The notes: generated by a model from the sequence alone, not told the origin. A DNA stretch of 64,000 nucleotides from Abditibacterium sp. (GCA_965246885.1 OZ251992.1:992001-1056000), one strand, 5' to 3'; shown: positions 19,117 to 29,335, counted from the first letter of the stretch. Numbers and translations are program-made.

Positions 19117-21087
19117 ATGAAACAGACAACTCTCTTCGCATGGGTGCGCGTTTTCGCACTAATCGGGATGGTGAGCCACCCCCTTTCGTCCCAAGCCCAA
19201 CCCACGTCGCTCGCGCCCGCCAACTTGAACGCTTCGGCGCCGCTTCTTAATCCCAACCCGAGCTTTGAGCAAGGCAACAGCGACTACTTCTTCGTTAAGC
19301 CGACTCTGGTAAGCACGCAAACTGCCGTAGTTCATTCCGGTCAATTCGCTCTTCGCCTTCAGGGAAATAACTCACCTAAGGATAGTCCCAATGTGGTCGT
19401 GCAAGGCTTTCCGGTATCTAATGCTCAACCCGGCAACCGGTATACGTTTTCCGCTTGGGTCAAAGCGCAGAACATTCGCGCGCGCGTGCCGTTCGAGATA
19501 GAATTGCGAGCCTTGGGCGCCAACGGCGAAGCCGTTCTACCGGAAAGCCGGAAGCTTTCTGTGAAAAGTGACACTGACTGGAAGTTGGTTTCCACTGACT
19601 TCTCTTTGCCAGTAGGCACGACGAAACTTTCTCTCAGCCTCATCGTGAAGCCGCGAAGCGAAGCAACGGTTTGGGTGGACGACATCGCTGTGCGCGAGCA
19701 ACCGCTCTTTTTCGAGCAACCGCTAAGGGCAACTTTGCGCGCGTCATCTAAAAAGGTTTTTGCGCACTACTTCACGCCATTTCCAGTGTCTCTTGATAAC
19801 GGCGACCCCAAAAGTGACTACTACACGCAATACCTTTCGCCCGATGGTGAGGGCGGCAGTCATCGTGGTCAGGGAGGTTTCTTGCGCGAGCGGCCTTTGG
19901 GAAGGGCGTCACGCCCTTTACCCGATCCCGCTTGGGTTCAGGCTGATTTCGATGAAGAGGTGAGTCGTGCTGTGGCTTTGGGATTGGACGGCTTTGTGGC
20001 CGACCTGCTCGGCTACGCGCCCGACAAATCCGACTATAACTGGAACAGGGTCAAGATGCTTTTGCAATCGGCTCAGCGCGTGGATGGAGGCTTCAAAATC
20101 ATGGCGATGCCAGATATGACGGCAGGCCTCGCCGGGCCAAACGTCGCCGACAAGCTAACGGCAGCAATCACGGAGTTCAACTCGTATCCTGCCGCCTACC
20201 GTTTGGCCGATGGGCGCCTCGTTGTCGCGCCCTACCTCGTCGAAATGCAAACGCCTGCATGGTGGAAAGCGTGGCTCGACTCGATGAAAGCGAAGGGGAT
20301 TAACATCGCTTTCGTGCCGCTTTTTCAGGGATGGGAGAAGGACGCGCCGAGTTACGCTTCGCTGTGCGATGGTATGAGCGATTGGGGCTTCCGCTCGCCA
20401 AAGTCCAATGCCTCTTGGGTTGATGTCCCCAAAAAGGCGCACCACTACGCTCCGATCTGGATGATGCCAGTAGCACCACAAGATATGCGCCCCAACGCCT
20501 CGCTTTACACCGAAGCGGGCAACTCCGAAAACTTCCGCGTCATGTGGCAAAACGCCATCCAAGGCGGCGCGGACTGGGTGCAACTCATCACTTGGAACGA
20601 CTATTCAGAAAGCGCTGAGGTGTCGCCCTCGACCGGCACTCAATACGGATTCTACGATCTCGCGGCCTACTACACAACGTGGTTCAAAACAGGGAAAATG
20701 CCCAAGATTACACGCGACACCCTCTTTTACTTCCACCGTATCCACCCGACAACGGCTGCGCCCGATTTGACCAAGCAAACGAGTGCCTATCGCCTCGCCG
20801 ACGCCGAAGTACCGCGTAATGACATCGAGTTGCTCGCGTTCTTAGTTACACCCGGCACGCTACAAATCCAGATCGGTGGCAAAACGCAACAGTTACAAGC
20901 TCCCGCAGGCATGACCTCGTTTCGGATACCTATTCAAAACGGGCGCCCCTCTTTCAGTCTGCTTCGTGGGGGAAAAACGGTCGTCGCTCTCGACAGCGCG
21001 TTCACCATCTCCGACAAAATCGTTTATGACGACTTGCTTTATCGAAGCGGTGGCTCAAACCGGGCGCCTGTCGTAACAACTCCCTAA
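19117..21087 (+). CDS. Secreted glycoside hydrolase family 71 (alpha-1,3-glucanase-like) with N-terminal carbohydrate-binding module
   Basis: Signal peptide; NPSFE...YTFSAWVK...VWVDDI CBM pattern; KKVFAHYF, GLDGF, WVQLITWNDYSES; lower GC. Confidence 0.82.
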   Translation: MKQTTLFAWVRVFALIGMVSHPLSSQAQPTSLAPANLNASAPLLNPNPSFEQGNSDYFFVKPTLVSTQTAVVHSGQFALRLQGNNSPKDSPNVVVQGFPVSNAQPGNRYTFSAWVKAQNIRARVPFEIELRALGANGEAVLPESRKLSVKSDTDWKLVSTDFSLPVGTTKLSLSLIVKPRSEATVWVDDIAVREQPLFFEQPLRATLRASSKKVFAHYFTPFPVSLDNGDPKSDYYTQYLSPDGEGGSHRGQGGFLRERPLGRASRPLPDPAWVQADFDEEVSRAVALGLDGFVADLLGYAPDKSDYNWNRVKMLLQSAQRVDGGFKIMAMPDMTAGLAGPNVADKLTAAITEFNSYPAAYRLADGRLVVAPYLVEMQTPAWWKAWLDSMKAKGINIAFVPLFQGWEKDAPSYASLCDGMSDWGFRSPKSNASWVDVPKKAHHYAPIWMMPVAPQDMRPNASLYTEAGNSENFRVMWQNAIQGGADWVQLITWNDYSESAEVSPSTGTQYGFYDLAAYYTTWFKTGKMPKITRDTLFYFHRIHPTTAAPDLTKQTSAYRLADAEVPRNDIELLAFLVTPGTLQIQIGGKTQQLQAPAGMTSFRIPIQNGRPSFSLLRGGKTVVALDSAFTISDKIVYDDLLYRSGGSNRAPVVTTP

Positions 21088-22013
21088 AAAGAGCCGACTG
21101 CCTCTTGCTTCCACTCGTGCAGTAGCGCCAAGTGCGCGTCGAAAAAGCGCGCGCGCAGTTGCTTCTCGCCCACTTCGATGTTCATGAAGCCGCCCGTTAG
21201 GTCGCGGTAGAACGGGCCGTAGTTGCGCGAAAAGCGGCGGCGAAGCGAGGCGCCACCCGCGCCGCACACAGCGAAGTGCGTCTTGGCATCGGGCAACACG
21301 ATGTGCTGCAAGTCGTGGTCGTGGCCCGACAGCATCAGTTGGACGCCGTGCTTGGCGAGGAGCGGGGTGACGACGCCGCGCACGATGCGCATATCGGATT
21401 CGATCTGGTGGATGCCATCGGTAAAGGGCGGGTGGTGGCCGACGACGATCTTCCACTTCGCTTTGGAGCGGCCCAGTTCGTCGTCGAGCCACGCGGTCTG
21501 CTTGTCGGCCAACTTTTCGGCGTGATATTGCGGGAGCCAGAGGTCGGTGTCCACCATGAACAAGTCGAGCAGGCCGTTTCGCGCCGCGATTTTGTAGTAA
21601 AAGCCGTCCATACGCCAGCGCCCCGACGGGCCGCGATACGAGAACTGAGTTGCGGGGTTCGTCACCCAGTCGTGGTTGCCCAGCACCGCGAAAAAGGGGA
21701 AGGGCATCGCCGCGCGGGGATACATCGTCTCGAACTTGGCGGCCCACTGCGGGTCGTCGTGGCCGGACACGCCGTTGTCGTAGAAGTTATCGCCGACCGA
21801 CACCGCAAAATCGGGTTTGTGTTGCGCCGAAAAGCGCGCCATCGCGCCAGCCACCTCGCGCTGTAAGCGCATACCACTTCCCCAGTCGCCGAATACTAAA
21901 AAAGAGACAGAGCCGCGTTGGGCGGCGGGCGCGGCGAGCAGTTCGGCGCCGGATGGCAGGAGCACCGCCGCGCCCGAAGCGGCGGCGAGTTGGAGCAGTT
22001 GGCGGCGGGTCAT
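21084..22013 (-). CDS. Tat-exported metallophosphoesterase (purple/tartrate-resistant acid phosphatase-like)
   Basis: MTRRQLL twin-arginine signal; GDWG, GDNFY, LGNHD, GHHP, SGHDH. Confidence 0.9.
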   Translation of the reverse strand: MTRRQLLQLAAASGAAVLLPSGAELLAAPAAQRGSVSFLVFGDWGSGMRLQREVAGAMARFSAQHKPDFAVSVGDNFYDNGVSGHDDPQWAAKFETMYPRAAMPFPFFAVLGNHDWVTNPATQFSYRGPSGRWRMDGFYYKIAARNGLLDLFMVDTDLWLPQYHAEKLADKQTAWLDDELGRSKAKWKIVVGHHPPFTDGIHQIESDMRIVRGVVTPLLAKHGVQLMLSGHDHDLQHIVLPDAKTHFAVCGAGGASLRRRFSRNYGPFYRDLTGGFMNIEVGEKQLRARFFDAHLALLHEWKQEAVGSF

Positions 22014-23392
22014 GTTTTTAGTTTTACCGCCGCGTTGCCCGCGCGCCCAAAAATCTCGCTCATGGTCGAGGAAACGAAGAGGGTGTCGGCCCAGTCTTGG
22101 AGGGGCGTGCCATCGCGCACGGCAGCAACAACGACGGGAGCGAGTTCTCCGGCGCCCGCGCCGATGATTTGGGCGCCGACGATGCGCCCTTCATTAGTAG
22201 TGAAAAAGAGCGCGAAACCGCTCGCTTCGCCGTCAATAACCGCGCGATCGAGGGCCTTGAAGTCGGCGCGGTGCGTTTCGATGCTGCCCCACTCACGGCG
22301 CGCCTCTTCGGGGGAGAGGCCAATATGGGCGATTTCGGGGTCGGTGAAGGTGACGGCGTTAAGGATTTTCCAATTCACCTGCCGAGCGGCGGAAAGCACA
22401 GCGTTAGCTCCGGCAGTCCTTGCGGCATAGGCGGCGCTGTGAGTGTGCGGAAGGGCGCCCGTGCAACTGCCGCACGCCCAGATATGCTGTGCGCTCGTTC
22501 GCAAATGTTCTTCCACCTCAATGCCAGTTTCGGACGCTCGGACGTCCGCTTTCTCCAGTTTCAACCCGTCTAAACGCGCTTTTCTGCTTCCGGCGACGAT
22601 AATCTCGCCCACTTCAACGCTTTTCTCCTCGCCCTCGACCGAGAAAATGACGCTCTTGCGGCCTCCATCGGCCTCGACGCGCATCGCATGGGCGTTCAAA
22701 TGCACTTCGATGCCCTCTGCGCGCAAGATGCGGAGCAGATGCGCTGCAACTTCTGGCTCCTCGCGCGGCACCAGTTGCGCGCCTTCTTCCAACAGGACTA
22801 CGCGCGTGCCGAAGCGCGCGAACGCTTGCGCCATCTCGCACGCGCGCGCCCCGCCGCCAAGGAAGAGGAGCGACTTGGGTAGGTTGGGACGCTCGAACAA
22901 GCCATCGGATGTGATAAACCCCGCCTCAGCCAAGCCCGCGATGGCGGGAATGACGGGTGCGCTTCCCGTTGCAATGATGAAACGGCGCGCAGACAGGCGG
23001 CCCGTCCCCGGCGCGTTGCCAACTTCGAGGGTATGGGCGTCGAGAAACTTCGCGTCGCCCCCGATAAGAGTGACGCCGCTTTTGGCGAGCGTTTCGCGGT
23101 GCCCGCGCCGCAGTTCGTCGCGCACGTCGGCCAAGCGCAATCGCACCGCGCTCCACACCAAGCGCGGCTTTTCGATGTGAACGCCAAACTCCTCGCTCCG
23201 TTTGATGAGATCAAACACCTTGGCGGAGCGCGCGAGGGTTTGCAACGGCACACCCCCACGCCACAAGCGTTCGCCGCTGACCTTATCGCGCTCGACCAGT
23301 GCCACATGCGCGCCAAGGGCATCCGCCACCAGCGCCGCCGCCAAACCCGCCGTTCCCGCGCCAATGATGGCGACATCGTAATCGGTGTTCAT
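22010..23392 (-). CDS. Pyridine nucleotide-disulfide oxidoreductase-like flavoprotein lacking the redox disulfide
   Basis: IIGAGTAG, IIATGS, IWACGSC, VTFTDPEIAHIG; GERLWRGGVP replaces GxCxxxGCxP. Confidence 0.8.
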   Translation of the reverse strand: MNTDYDVAIIGAGTAGLAAALVADALGAHVALVERDKVSGERLWRGGVPLQTLARSAKVFDLIKRSEEFGVHIEKPRLVWSAVRLRLADVRDELRRGHRETLAKSGVTLIGGDAKFLDAHTLEVGNAPGTGRLSARRFIIATGSAPVIPAIAGLAEAGFITSDGLFERPNLPKSLLFLGGGARACEMAQAFARFGTRVVLLEEGAQLVPREEPEVAAHLLRILRAEGIEVHLNAHAMRVEADGGRKSVIFSVEGEEKSVEVGEIIVAGSRKARLDGLKLEKADVRASETGIEVEEHLRTSAQHIWACGSCTGALPHTHSAAYAARTAGANAVLSAARQVNWKILNAVTFTDPEIAHIGLSPEEARREWGSIETHRADFKALDRAVIDGEASGFALFFTTNEGRIVGAQIIGAGAGELAPVVVAAVRDGTPLQDWADTLFVSSTMSEIFGRAGNAAVKLKT

Positions 23393-23396
23393 AATC

Positions 23397-24533
23397 TTAA
23401 AACGTCCCGCCGAACGGATGGGCATAGCCCGTCAGTTCCAAGTAGCCACTCCCAGCGATGGGCCGCCCGCGTTCCGTTCCCCGCAACCCGATCAAGCCTT
23501 CCCAATACGCCAAGCCGACGCCGGAGCGGACGGGGCGCAACTCTTGGTCGGCGAGGGCGGGCGTGGCCGCGAGTGATAGGCCCAGCGAGGGCACTTCGAT
23601 GCGCCACAAAGTCGGGTAGCGCGCGCCGCTCGCTACGACAGTTTGCGCCAAGGGCGTCAAGCGGAAATCGGCCAAGCTCAGGTGGCGCACGCGTCCGTCG
23701 CGCTCGACGAGGGTGCCCGAAGAAAGCGGCTCGACGCGGTTGCCGCGCAAGCGCAGGTGGTAGAGCATCAGTTCGCGCCCGTCGTTCAACTGAATAGAAA
23801 ACCAGTCCCATCCCGTTTGCGAAGGGTCGAGTTGCGACGAGCCGAACTCGTGATCGAACCAGCCCTCGCCAGTTGAAGCGAAGGTCTCGCCGTTCAATTG
23901 CACCGTGCCGCGCGCGTCTAAACGGCAGAAGGAGTAGTAGTGCGACGCGCGTCCCACGCCCGCCGACTTTTGCGACACGCCGCGCTCGCCATGAATCGTC
24001 GGCGGTTTCCGGGCGCGGAAAGACAACGCGAAGCCGAACGGAAGGCCGCGCGTGGCGCCGTTGTCGCTGGTTCCGCTCAATCGGATGGCCTGCGTGTTGC
24101 CGTTTCCCGGCCCGAACTGCAAGTTCCACGCGCCGATGTGAACGCGCGGCGCAGTGTGCCCCACATCGGCGCCGCTTAATCCAAGGGCGCCGCGCCCGAT
24201 TTTGTCGGAAAAGTAAAAGCGCCCCCCGCGCGCGTCGGTAAGTGCAAGGTGCGCGAAGTAGAGGTCGCGGGTCGCCCACTTCGATTGTCGTTGGATATAT
24301 GGCGCCAAGGCGGTGCGGAACCACGTCGCTTGAAAGCCGAACTCGCGCCCGTCGCGCGCGCGCAGATGACCGGTGTAATACCACCACTCGGTTGCATAAG
24401 CCGGATGCGCGCCGTGATCGCGCGGGAAAGCGAAGGCGTATCCCGGCAGAGCAGGCGCGAAACCCCGCGTCGCGGCGTAGGCCGGGGCAAAGGGCAGGGC
24501 GCACAAAGCAACAAAAAACGCAAGAACACGCAT
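23397..24533 (-). CDS. Secreted lipocalin-like AttH/CrtC-family protein
   Basis: FPRDHGAHP, TEWWYYTGHL, YYSF, WFDHEF, GWDWFSIQL, YWEG, GYLELTGY. Confidence 0.9.
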   Translation of the reverse strand: MRVLAFFVALCALPFAPAYAATRGFAPALPGYAFAFPRDHGAHPAYATEWWYYTGHLRARDGREFGFQATWFRTALAPYIQRQSKWATRDLYFAHLALTDARGGRFYFSDKIGRGALGLSGADVGHTAPRVHIGAWNLQFGPGNGNTQAIRLSGTSDNGATRGLPFGFALSFRARKPPTIHGERGVSQKSAGVGRASHYYSFCRLDARGTVQLNGETFASTGEGWFDHEFGSSQLDPSQTGWDWFSIQLNDGRELMLYHLRLRGNRVEPLSSGTLVERDGRVRHLSLADFRLTPLAQTVVASGARYPTLWRIEVPSLGLSLAATPALADQELRPVRSGVGLAYWEGLIGLRGTERGRPIAGSGYLELTGYAHPFGGTF

Positions 24534-24574
24534 CGGTGTATTCTTGCGCTTGAAACGCCCGCAGGTTTCCTGTT

Positions 24575-24934
24575 TTAGTGCGCCAGAGTTTCGATGCGCG
24601 ACAATAGTTCCTGTGGCAGGATAGGCTTATGAAGCAAGAGATCAGCGCCCGCTTCGCTCGATTTGTCTTGCGCTTCGTTGTCGCCGTAAGCGGTGAACAT
24701 GATGATGGGCACCCGCCCGCCGTTGGGCAGGTTGCGGATGCTGCGCACGGCGTCGAAGCCGTTCATTTCGGGCATCTCGACGTCCATGATGATGGCGTCG
24801 AAGGGTTCTTCGCGCACCGCTTCGACCGCTTCCAAGCCGTTGGCGGCGAGGCGGGTGGTGTGGCCGGAAATGCTAAACGCCAAGCGAAAGACGTCGCGGG
24901 TGTCGGGTAAGTCGTCTACAAACAGGATTCGCAT
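24575..24934 (-). CDS. Single-domain response regulator (CheY-like)
   Basis: FVDD, MDVEMPEMNG, FTA, HKP; 119 aa. Confidence 0.92.
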   Translation of the reverse strand: MRILFVDDLPDTRDVFRLAFSISGHTTRLAANGLEAVEAVREEPFDAIIMDVEMPEMNGFDAVRSIRNLPNGGRVPIIMFTAYGDNEAQDKSSEAGADLLLHKPILPQELLSRIETLAH

Positions 24935-25041
24935 AAAGGGTATTGCTTAAGAAATGGCAGAGCGGAGGCTGCAAATTGGATTCCTCTCGCCCTTGACAAT
25001 TGAGATTCTTGCCAGTTATTCCAACGCCACTTAATCCAAGC

Positions 25042-27612
25042 TCACTCCCGTTGCAGCGCGCTCGCCAAGTCGCGCCGCGCCGCTTGGCGGGCCGGAAGCG
25101 CGCCCGCCACGAGCGCCGCCCCCAGTGCAAGAGCGAGCGCCTGCGCGAGAACCACCGGCTCGAAATGCGGGAAAATCGTCCAGCCGAAGAACTGCCGGTT
25201 AATCACATAGATCATCTGCGCCGCCAGCGCCAAACCCGCCAGACTTCCCAGCACCCACGCGAAGCCGCCCAGAAACGCGAACTCCCACAACGCCATCCGC
25301 ACCGTCTGCCCCCGCGACGCGCCCATTGCCCGCAAACTTGCCATCTCCGTCGTCCGCTCCAGCATGAGTGACGCGAGCGTATCGAACACCCCGATGCCCG
25401 CCACCACAAGCGCAATCAATTGCAGGGCATACGTCACAGCAAACGTCTGGTCGAAGGTGTCGAACACTTGGCGCCGGATCTCCCGGTTGGGCAGCACCGT
25501 CAAGGCATACTTCGCGCCAAAGTGCGCGAACAGTTGGCGCTTCAACTCCTCGCCCGACGTGCCGCGCAAATACAGCGCGATGCCGTCCAAGCCGTCGTCG
25601 CGCCACAGTTCCCGGTAGCGCGAGCGCGCCAGATAAAAGACGGGATTGGGGTTGTAGTCGTAGAACACGCCCGTGATGGGAAACGAGCGCGAGCCGCGCG
25701 GCGTCGGAAAGCGGAGCGTATCGCCCGCTTTCAAGTGCAGCAAGTTCGACAACCGCTCCGACAACAGCACGGCGTCGCCGCGCTCGTAGTCGCGCACCGC
25801 CTCCGTCGGCGTGCCGCGCGTGCCGATCCAGCGAATCACGCGGTCGCCCGTTTGGAAAGAGGGCAGTTCATTGGCCAGCAGCAACACCGGTTGCCCGCCC
25901 AGTTCCACGTCCGCTTGGCGAATCGAGTCCACCACGCGCACGTCCCCGCGCCGCGTCGCCCACTTCAACACTTCAGGTGGCAACCCCGGCCCGCGCTCGC
26001 CCGAAAAGCCGTCGCTTGTGGCGATATACACGTCCGCCGAGATGGTGCCGTCTATCCAGTCGCCCACCGTCGCCCGAAACGAGCGCACCATCCAGTTCAT
26101 CCCGACAATCAGCGCAATCGAGACCAACAGCGCCGACACCACGAGGCTCGACCGATTGAGCGCGCGCCGCGTGTTGTCGGCGGCCAGCGCTCCCTCGATG
26201 CCGCCCAGTCGCTCGCCCAAGGGCCGCACCCAGTGCGACGCGCGCCCAAGCGACAAGGGCACCAGAAAGCAGAACCCGCCCATCGTTGCGCCCGCCGCGC
26301 CAAAGCCCAGCAGTGGCGAAACATGCGACACAACGGGCAACGACAAAAGCAGCGCGAGCGCCAACAGCCCCACGCCCGCCAGTGCCAAACGCGGCGCCCA
26401 GTTTTCCAGCGCCGTGTGCAGATTCGCGCTCGACAAACCCGCGCGCGGCGACGCGAGTGCGGCTTCGCGCGCCGACGGAAACGCCGCCAACACGCTCAGC
26501 ACCGTCCCCGCCGCGACCGAAAAGGGAAGAAGCCAGAGCGGAACGAACAGTTCGCGCGCTTTCACGGCGATGTATAGCTGCGAAACCGTCGTCGCCACTG
26601 CCCCCAGCGTCCACTTCGCCAGAACCACGCCCAGCGCGAAGCCCACCGCCGAGCCAAGCGCGCCAAGGAGCGCCGCTTCTATAAGAAAGAGGCCCGTAAT
26701 CTGCGCGCCCGACGCGCCGACGGAGCGCAAAATCGCCGCTTCCCCGCGCCGCCGCACCACCGCCGACGCGAGCGCGTTGTAAATCAAGAACGCACCGACG
26801 AACGCCGCAATTGAAGACAACGCTGTTAGGTTCAAGCGAAAGGCGCCCAGCATCGCCCCGATTTGCGCTCCCCGTGTTGCGGGCGGCGACACGACGGCAT
26901 CGGGCGGACTGAGCTTGCGCAACTCGCGCGCGACCGCCTCGGTTTGCCCGTCCGCGACGCGCAAATCTATCCCCGACAAGCGCCCAACCATTCCCAATGC
27001 TTCCTGCGCGGCGGCAATATCCATGACCGCATAGTCGCCGCCAAACGCGCGCCCCGACTGCGCTTCGCCCAGAATCGAGGCCACTCGAAACCTCTCGCGC
27101 CGCGCGCCAACCAGAAAATCCACCGTCGCACCCGCCTTCAGCCCGTTCTTGCGCGCAAGCGACTCCGACAAAGCGAGGGCGTGCGGGTCGAGCAAAAAGC
27201 GCACGGGTTCCCCTCCCGCCCCGGCGTTTGGCGCGGGCGACGCGCTTAAGTCGTGAAAGTCCACTTCGGAGAACGGGTCAACCCCGTTGAGCAGCACGGA
27301 AGTCTTGAGCGTGGGCGAATACACGGTGCGCGACACGCGCGGCGTCGCCGCGAGGATGCGCGGGTCGTCCAAAGCCGCGATGCGCGCGAACAGTTCGTCC
27401 GGCAAACCGCCCGCGCCGCCGCGTATTTGCAAGTTCGCCGTCCCCGACACCGCATCTATCGAGGCAGTGAACGCGTTCAGAACCGACGCGTTGGCGATCT
27501 GAATCGAAACGAACACCGCAATCCCCAGCGCCACCCCCAAACACGCCAACGCAAACGCGCCCTTGTGCCGCCACCAATAGCGCAAAGACAGAAACTGAAG
27601 CAAAAAGCGCAC
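25042..27612 (-). CDS. FtsX/MacB-like ABC transporter permease (AttFG type, duplicated)
   Basis: GVALGIAVFVSIQIAN, ILRSVGAS, SLRAMGASRGQ, YVINRQFFGWTI; 856 aa. Confidence 0.9.
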   Translation of the reverse strand: MRFLLQFLSLRYWWRHKGAFALACLGVALGIAVFVSIQIANASVLNAFTASIDAVSGTANLQIRGGAGGLPDELFARIAALDDPRILAATPRVSRTVYSPTLKTSVLLNGVDPFSEVDFHDLSASPAPNAGAGGEPVRFLLDPHALALSESLARKNGLKAGATVDFLVGARRERFRVASILGEAQSGRAFGGDYAVMDIAAAQEALGMVGRLSGIDLRVADGQTEAVARELRKLSPPDAVVSPPATRGAQIGAMLGAFRLNLTALSSIAAFVGAFLIYNALASAVVRRRGEAAILRSVGASGAQITGLFLIEAALLGALGSAVGFALGVVLAKWTLGAVATTVSQLYIAVKARELFVPLWLLPFSVAAGTVLSVLAAFPSAREAALASPRAGLSSANLHTALENWAPRLALAGVGLLALALLLSLPVVSHVSPLLGFGAAGATMGGFCFLVPLSLGRASHWVRPLGERLGGIEGALAADNTRRALNRSSLVVSALLVSIALIVGMNWMVRSFRATVGDWIDGTISADVYIATSDGFSGERGPGLPPEVLKWATRRGDVRVVDSIRQADVELGGQPVLLLANELPSFQTGDRVIRWIGTRGTPTEAVRDYERGDAVLLSERLSNLLHLKAGDTLRFPTPRGSRSFPITGVFYDYNPNPVFYLARSRYRELWRDDGLDGIALYLRGTSGEELKRQLFAHFGAKYALTVLPNREIRRQVFDTFDQTFAVTYALQLIALVVAGIGVFDTLASLMLERTTEMASLRAMGASRGQTVRMALWEFAFLGGFAWVLGSLAGLALAAQMIYVINRQFFGWTIFPHFEPVVLAQALALALGAALVAGALPARQAARRDLASALQRE

Positions 27613-27672
27613 GCCCTTCCCGACGCGGCGTTTGCGCGGGGCGTTGCGCGGCGCGCGGCATAGCTCTTCCCT

Positions 27673-28449
27673 TTAACCGCCCGCTCGCCACTCCCTTGGT
27701 GACTTCCCCGTTTCGCGGCGCAATGTCTTGTTGAGCAGGTGAAAATCGCCCAGTCCACTGCTGCCCGCGATGGCCTTGATGGGAAGCGTCGTGCCGCGCA
27801 GGAGATACAGGGCGCGCTCGACGCGGCGCGCGCGGATGAACTCCACGACCGTTTGTCCCGTTTCGGCGCGAAAGCGGCGCGTCAGGTGGTTGTGCGACAC
27901 GTCCAACTCGCGCGCCAACGCCGCCACGACAATCGGCTCGCTTAGGCGCAGTTCGATGCGCTCCTTGGCGCGCGCCATGAGGGTCTTCTCCCGGCTCGCC
28001 TCGTCGGTGGGCGCGCTCAGGTTCCACAGCAACTCCCACAAGCGCGCCCCCGCGCGCGCCGAGCCGCTTGACCAGAACCCGACTGCCTCAGACAGCGCTG
28101 CGAAGTGCACCTCGAACGCTGCGCCCACATCCTGCACCGCCGGAAACGGGCGCACCTCGCCCGCGCCATCGGTCGCCGCGCCTTCCGTCGAGAAGTGCGC
28201 GAAAGCGTGCAAGTGCCGCACGCGGCGCGGAAAGTGGAACTCGATGGAACAGTGGGGCGCAATGAGTGTCGCCGTTCCCGGCACAACGGCGACCCTTTCA
28301 CCGTTCACGCGCAAGTCCAGCGCGTCGCGGAACAAATGCAAGCACCACACTCCCGGCAACAGGAAGCGCTCGACCGGCAGTTCTCCGTGCAGCCCCAGCC
28401 CAATCCACCGCACGCGCGGCGCGCTTCCCATCGGCAACTCGTGCGTCAT
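27673..28449 (-). CDS. AraC family transcriptional regulator
   Basis: VAALARELDVSHNHLTRRFRAETG...LPIKAIA...ETGKSPREWR; divergent from a PhyH gene. Confidence 0.9.
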   Translation of the reverse strand: MTHELPMGSAPRVRWIGLGLHGELPVERFLLPGVWCLHLFRDALDLRVNGERVAVVPGTATLIAPHCSIEFHFPRRVRHLHAFAHFSTEGAATDGAGEVRPFPAVQDVGAAFEVHFAALSEAVGFWSSGSARAGARLWELLWNLSAPTDEASREKTLMARAKERIELRLSEPIVVAALARELDVSHNHLTRRFRAETGQTVVEFIRARRVERALYLLRGTTLPIKAIAGSSGLGDFHLLNKTLRRETGKSPREWRAGG

Positions 28450-28537
28450 GGGCGGGCAGTGTAGGTGATTTGGAACCAGAAAAGTCCAATGTGGGCCATT
28501 GGCCCCAGCGCGCGCATGGGGGAGAATCTTCCCCGTC

Positions 28538-29335
28538 ATGTCCATGCAATTTACCCCCGAACAAGTCGCGACCTTCCACCGCGACGGCTTTCTTGCCGTC
28601 GAGGGCTTCTGGAACGCCGAAGAAGTCGCCGCCATGCAAGCCGAACTGGAGCGCCTCAAAGCCGATGGTCTGCTCAAAAATGTCGCTACCGACGGCGACG
28701 GGCAAACGACCTCGACACAAAAGCTCAACTTGCAACTGTGCCCCATGTCGCCCCACTCGCGCTTGTTCCGCGCCATGCCATTCTCCCCCAAAGTCGCCCA
28801 AGCCGTCGGACAACTCATCGGTGGGCCGCTCCGTTTGCAGTTAGACCAAGTGTTCCTCAAGCCCGGCGGCACTGGCGCGGGCACGAACTGGCACCAAGAC
28901 AACGACTATTTCCGCTTGACCGACACCACCAACGGGACGGCGTTATGGACGGCGGTTCACGATGCCACCGCCGCCAACGGCACCATGCGCGTCATCCCCG
29001 CCGCTTACCACGAAGCGCTCCCGCACTCGCGCGACCCCGAATCGAATCACCACGTGCGCTGCTTTCCCGACGAATCCAAGGCCATCACCGTCGAACTCAA
29101 AGCGGGCGGCGCCCTCTTCTTCCTGTATGGCACCCCCCACGCGACGGGCGGCAACACCACCGATAAAGAGCGCGCAGGCGTCGCGCTCCATTTCTTCAAC
29201 GACGCCGCCGTTAGCGAACGGCCCGGCTGGTTGGCCGGGCGCCCCGTCTTGAGCGGCCCCGAAGCAAGCGGCGGCGAGCGCGAATACGGCGAGAAATTGG
29301 ACTGGGAGCGCGAAGTCGCGGCGGCTTTGGGCTAA
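28538..29335 (+). CDS. Phytanoyl-CoA dioxygenase (PhyH) family Fe/2OG dioxygenase
   Basis: FHRDGFL, FLKPG, WHQDNDY, NGTMRVIP, TPHATGGN. Confidence 0.9.
   Translation: MSMQFTPEQVATFHRDGFLAVEGFWNAEEVAAMQAELERLKADGLLKNVATDGDGQTTSTQKLNLQLCPMSPHSRLFRAMPFSPKVAQAVGQLIGGPLRLQLDQVFLKPGGTGAGTNWHQDNDYFRLTDTTNGTALWTAVHDATAANGTMRVIPAAYHEALPHSRDPESNHHVRCFPDESKAITVELKAGGALFFLYGTPHATGGNTTDKERAGVALHFFNDAAVSERPGWLAGRPVLSGPEASGGEREYGEKLDWEREVAAALG

Noticed and set aside
22010..23392. Calling this gene merA or lpdA
   Set aside because: It lacks the redox CxxxxC, the MerA C-terminal Cys pair and the Lpd His-Glu dyad.
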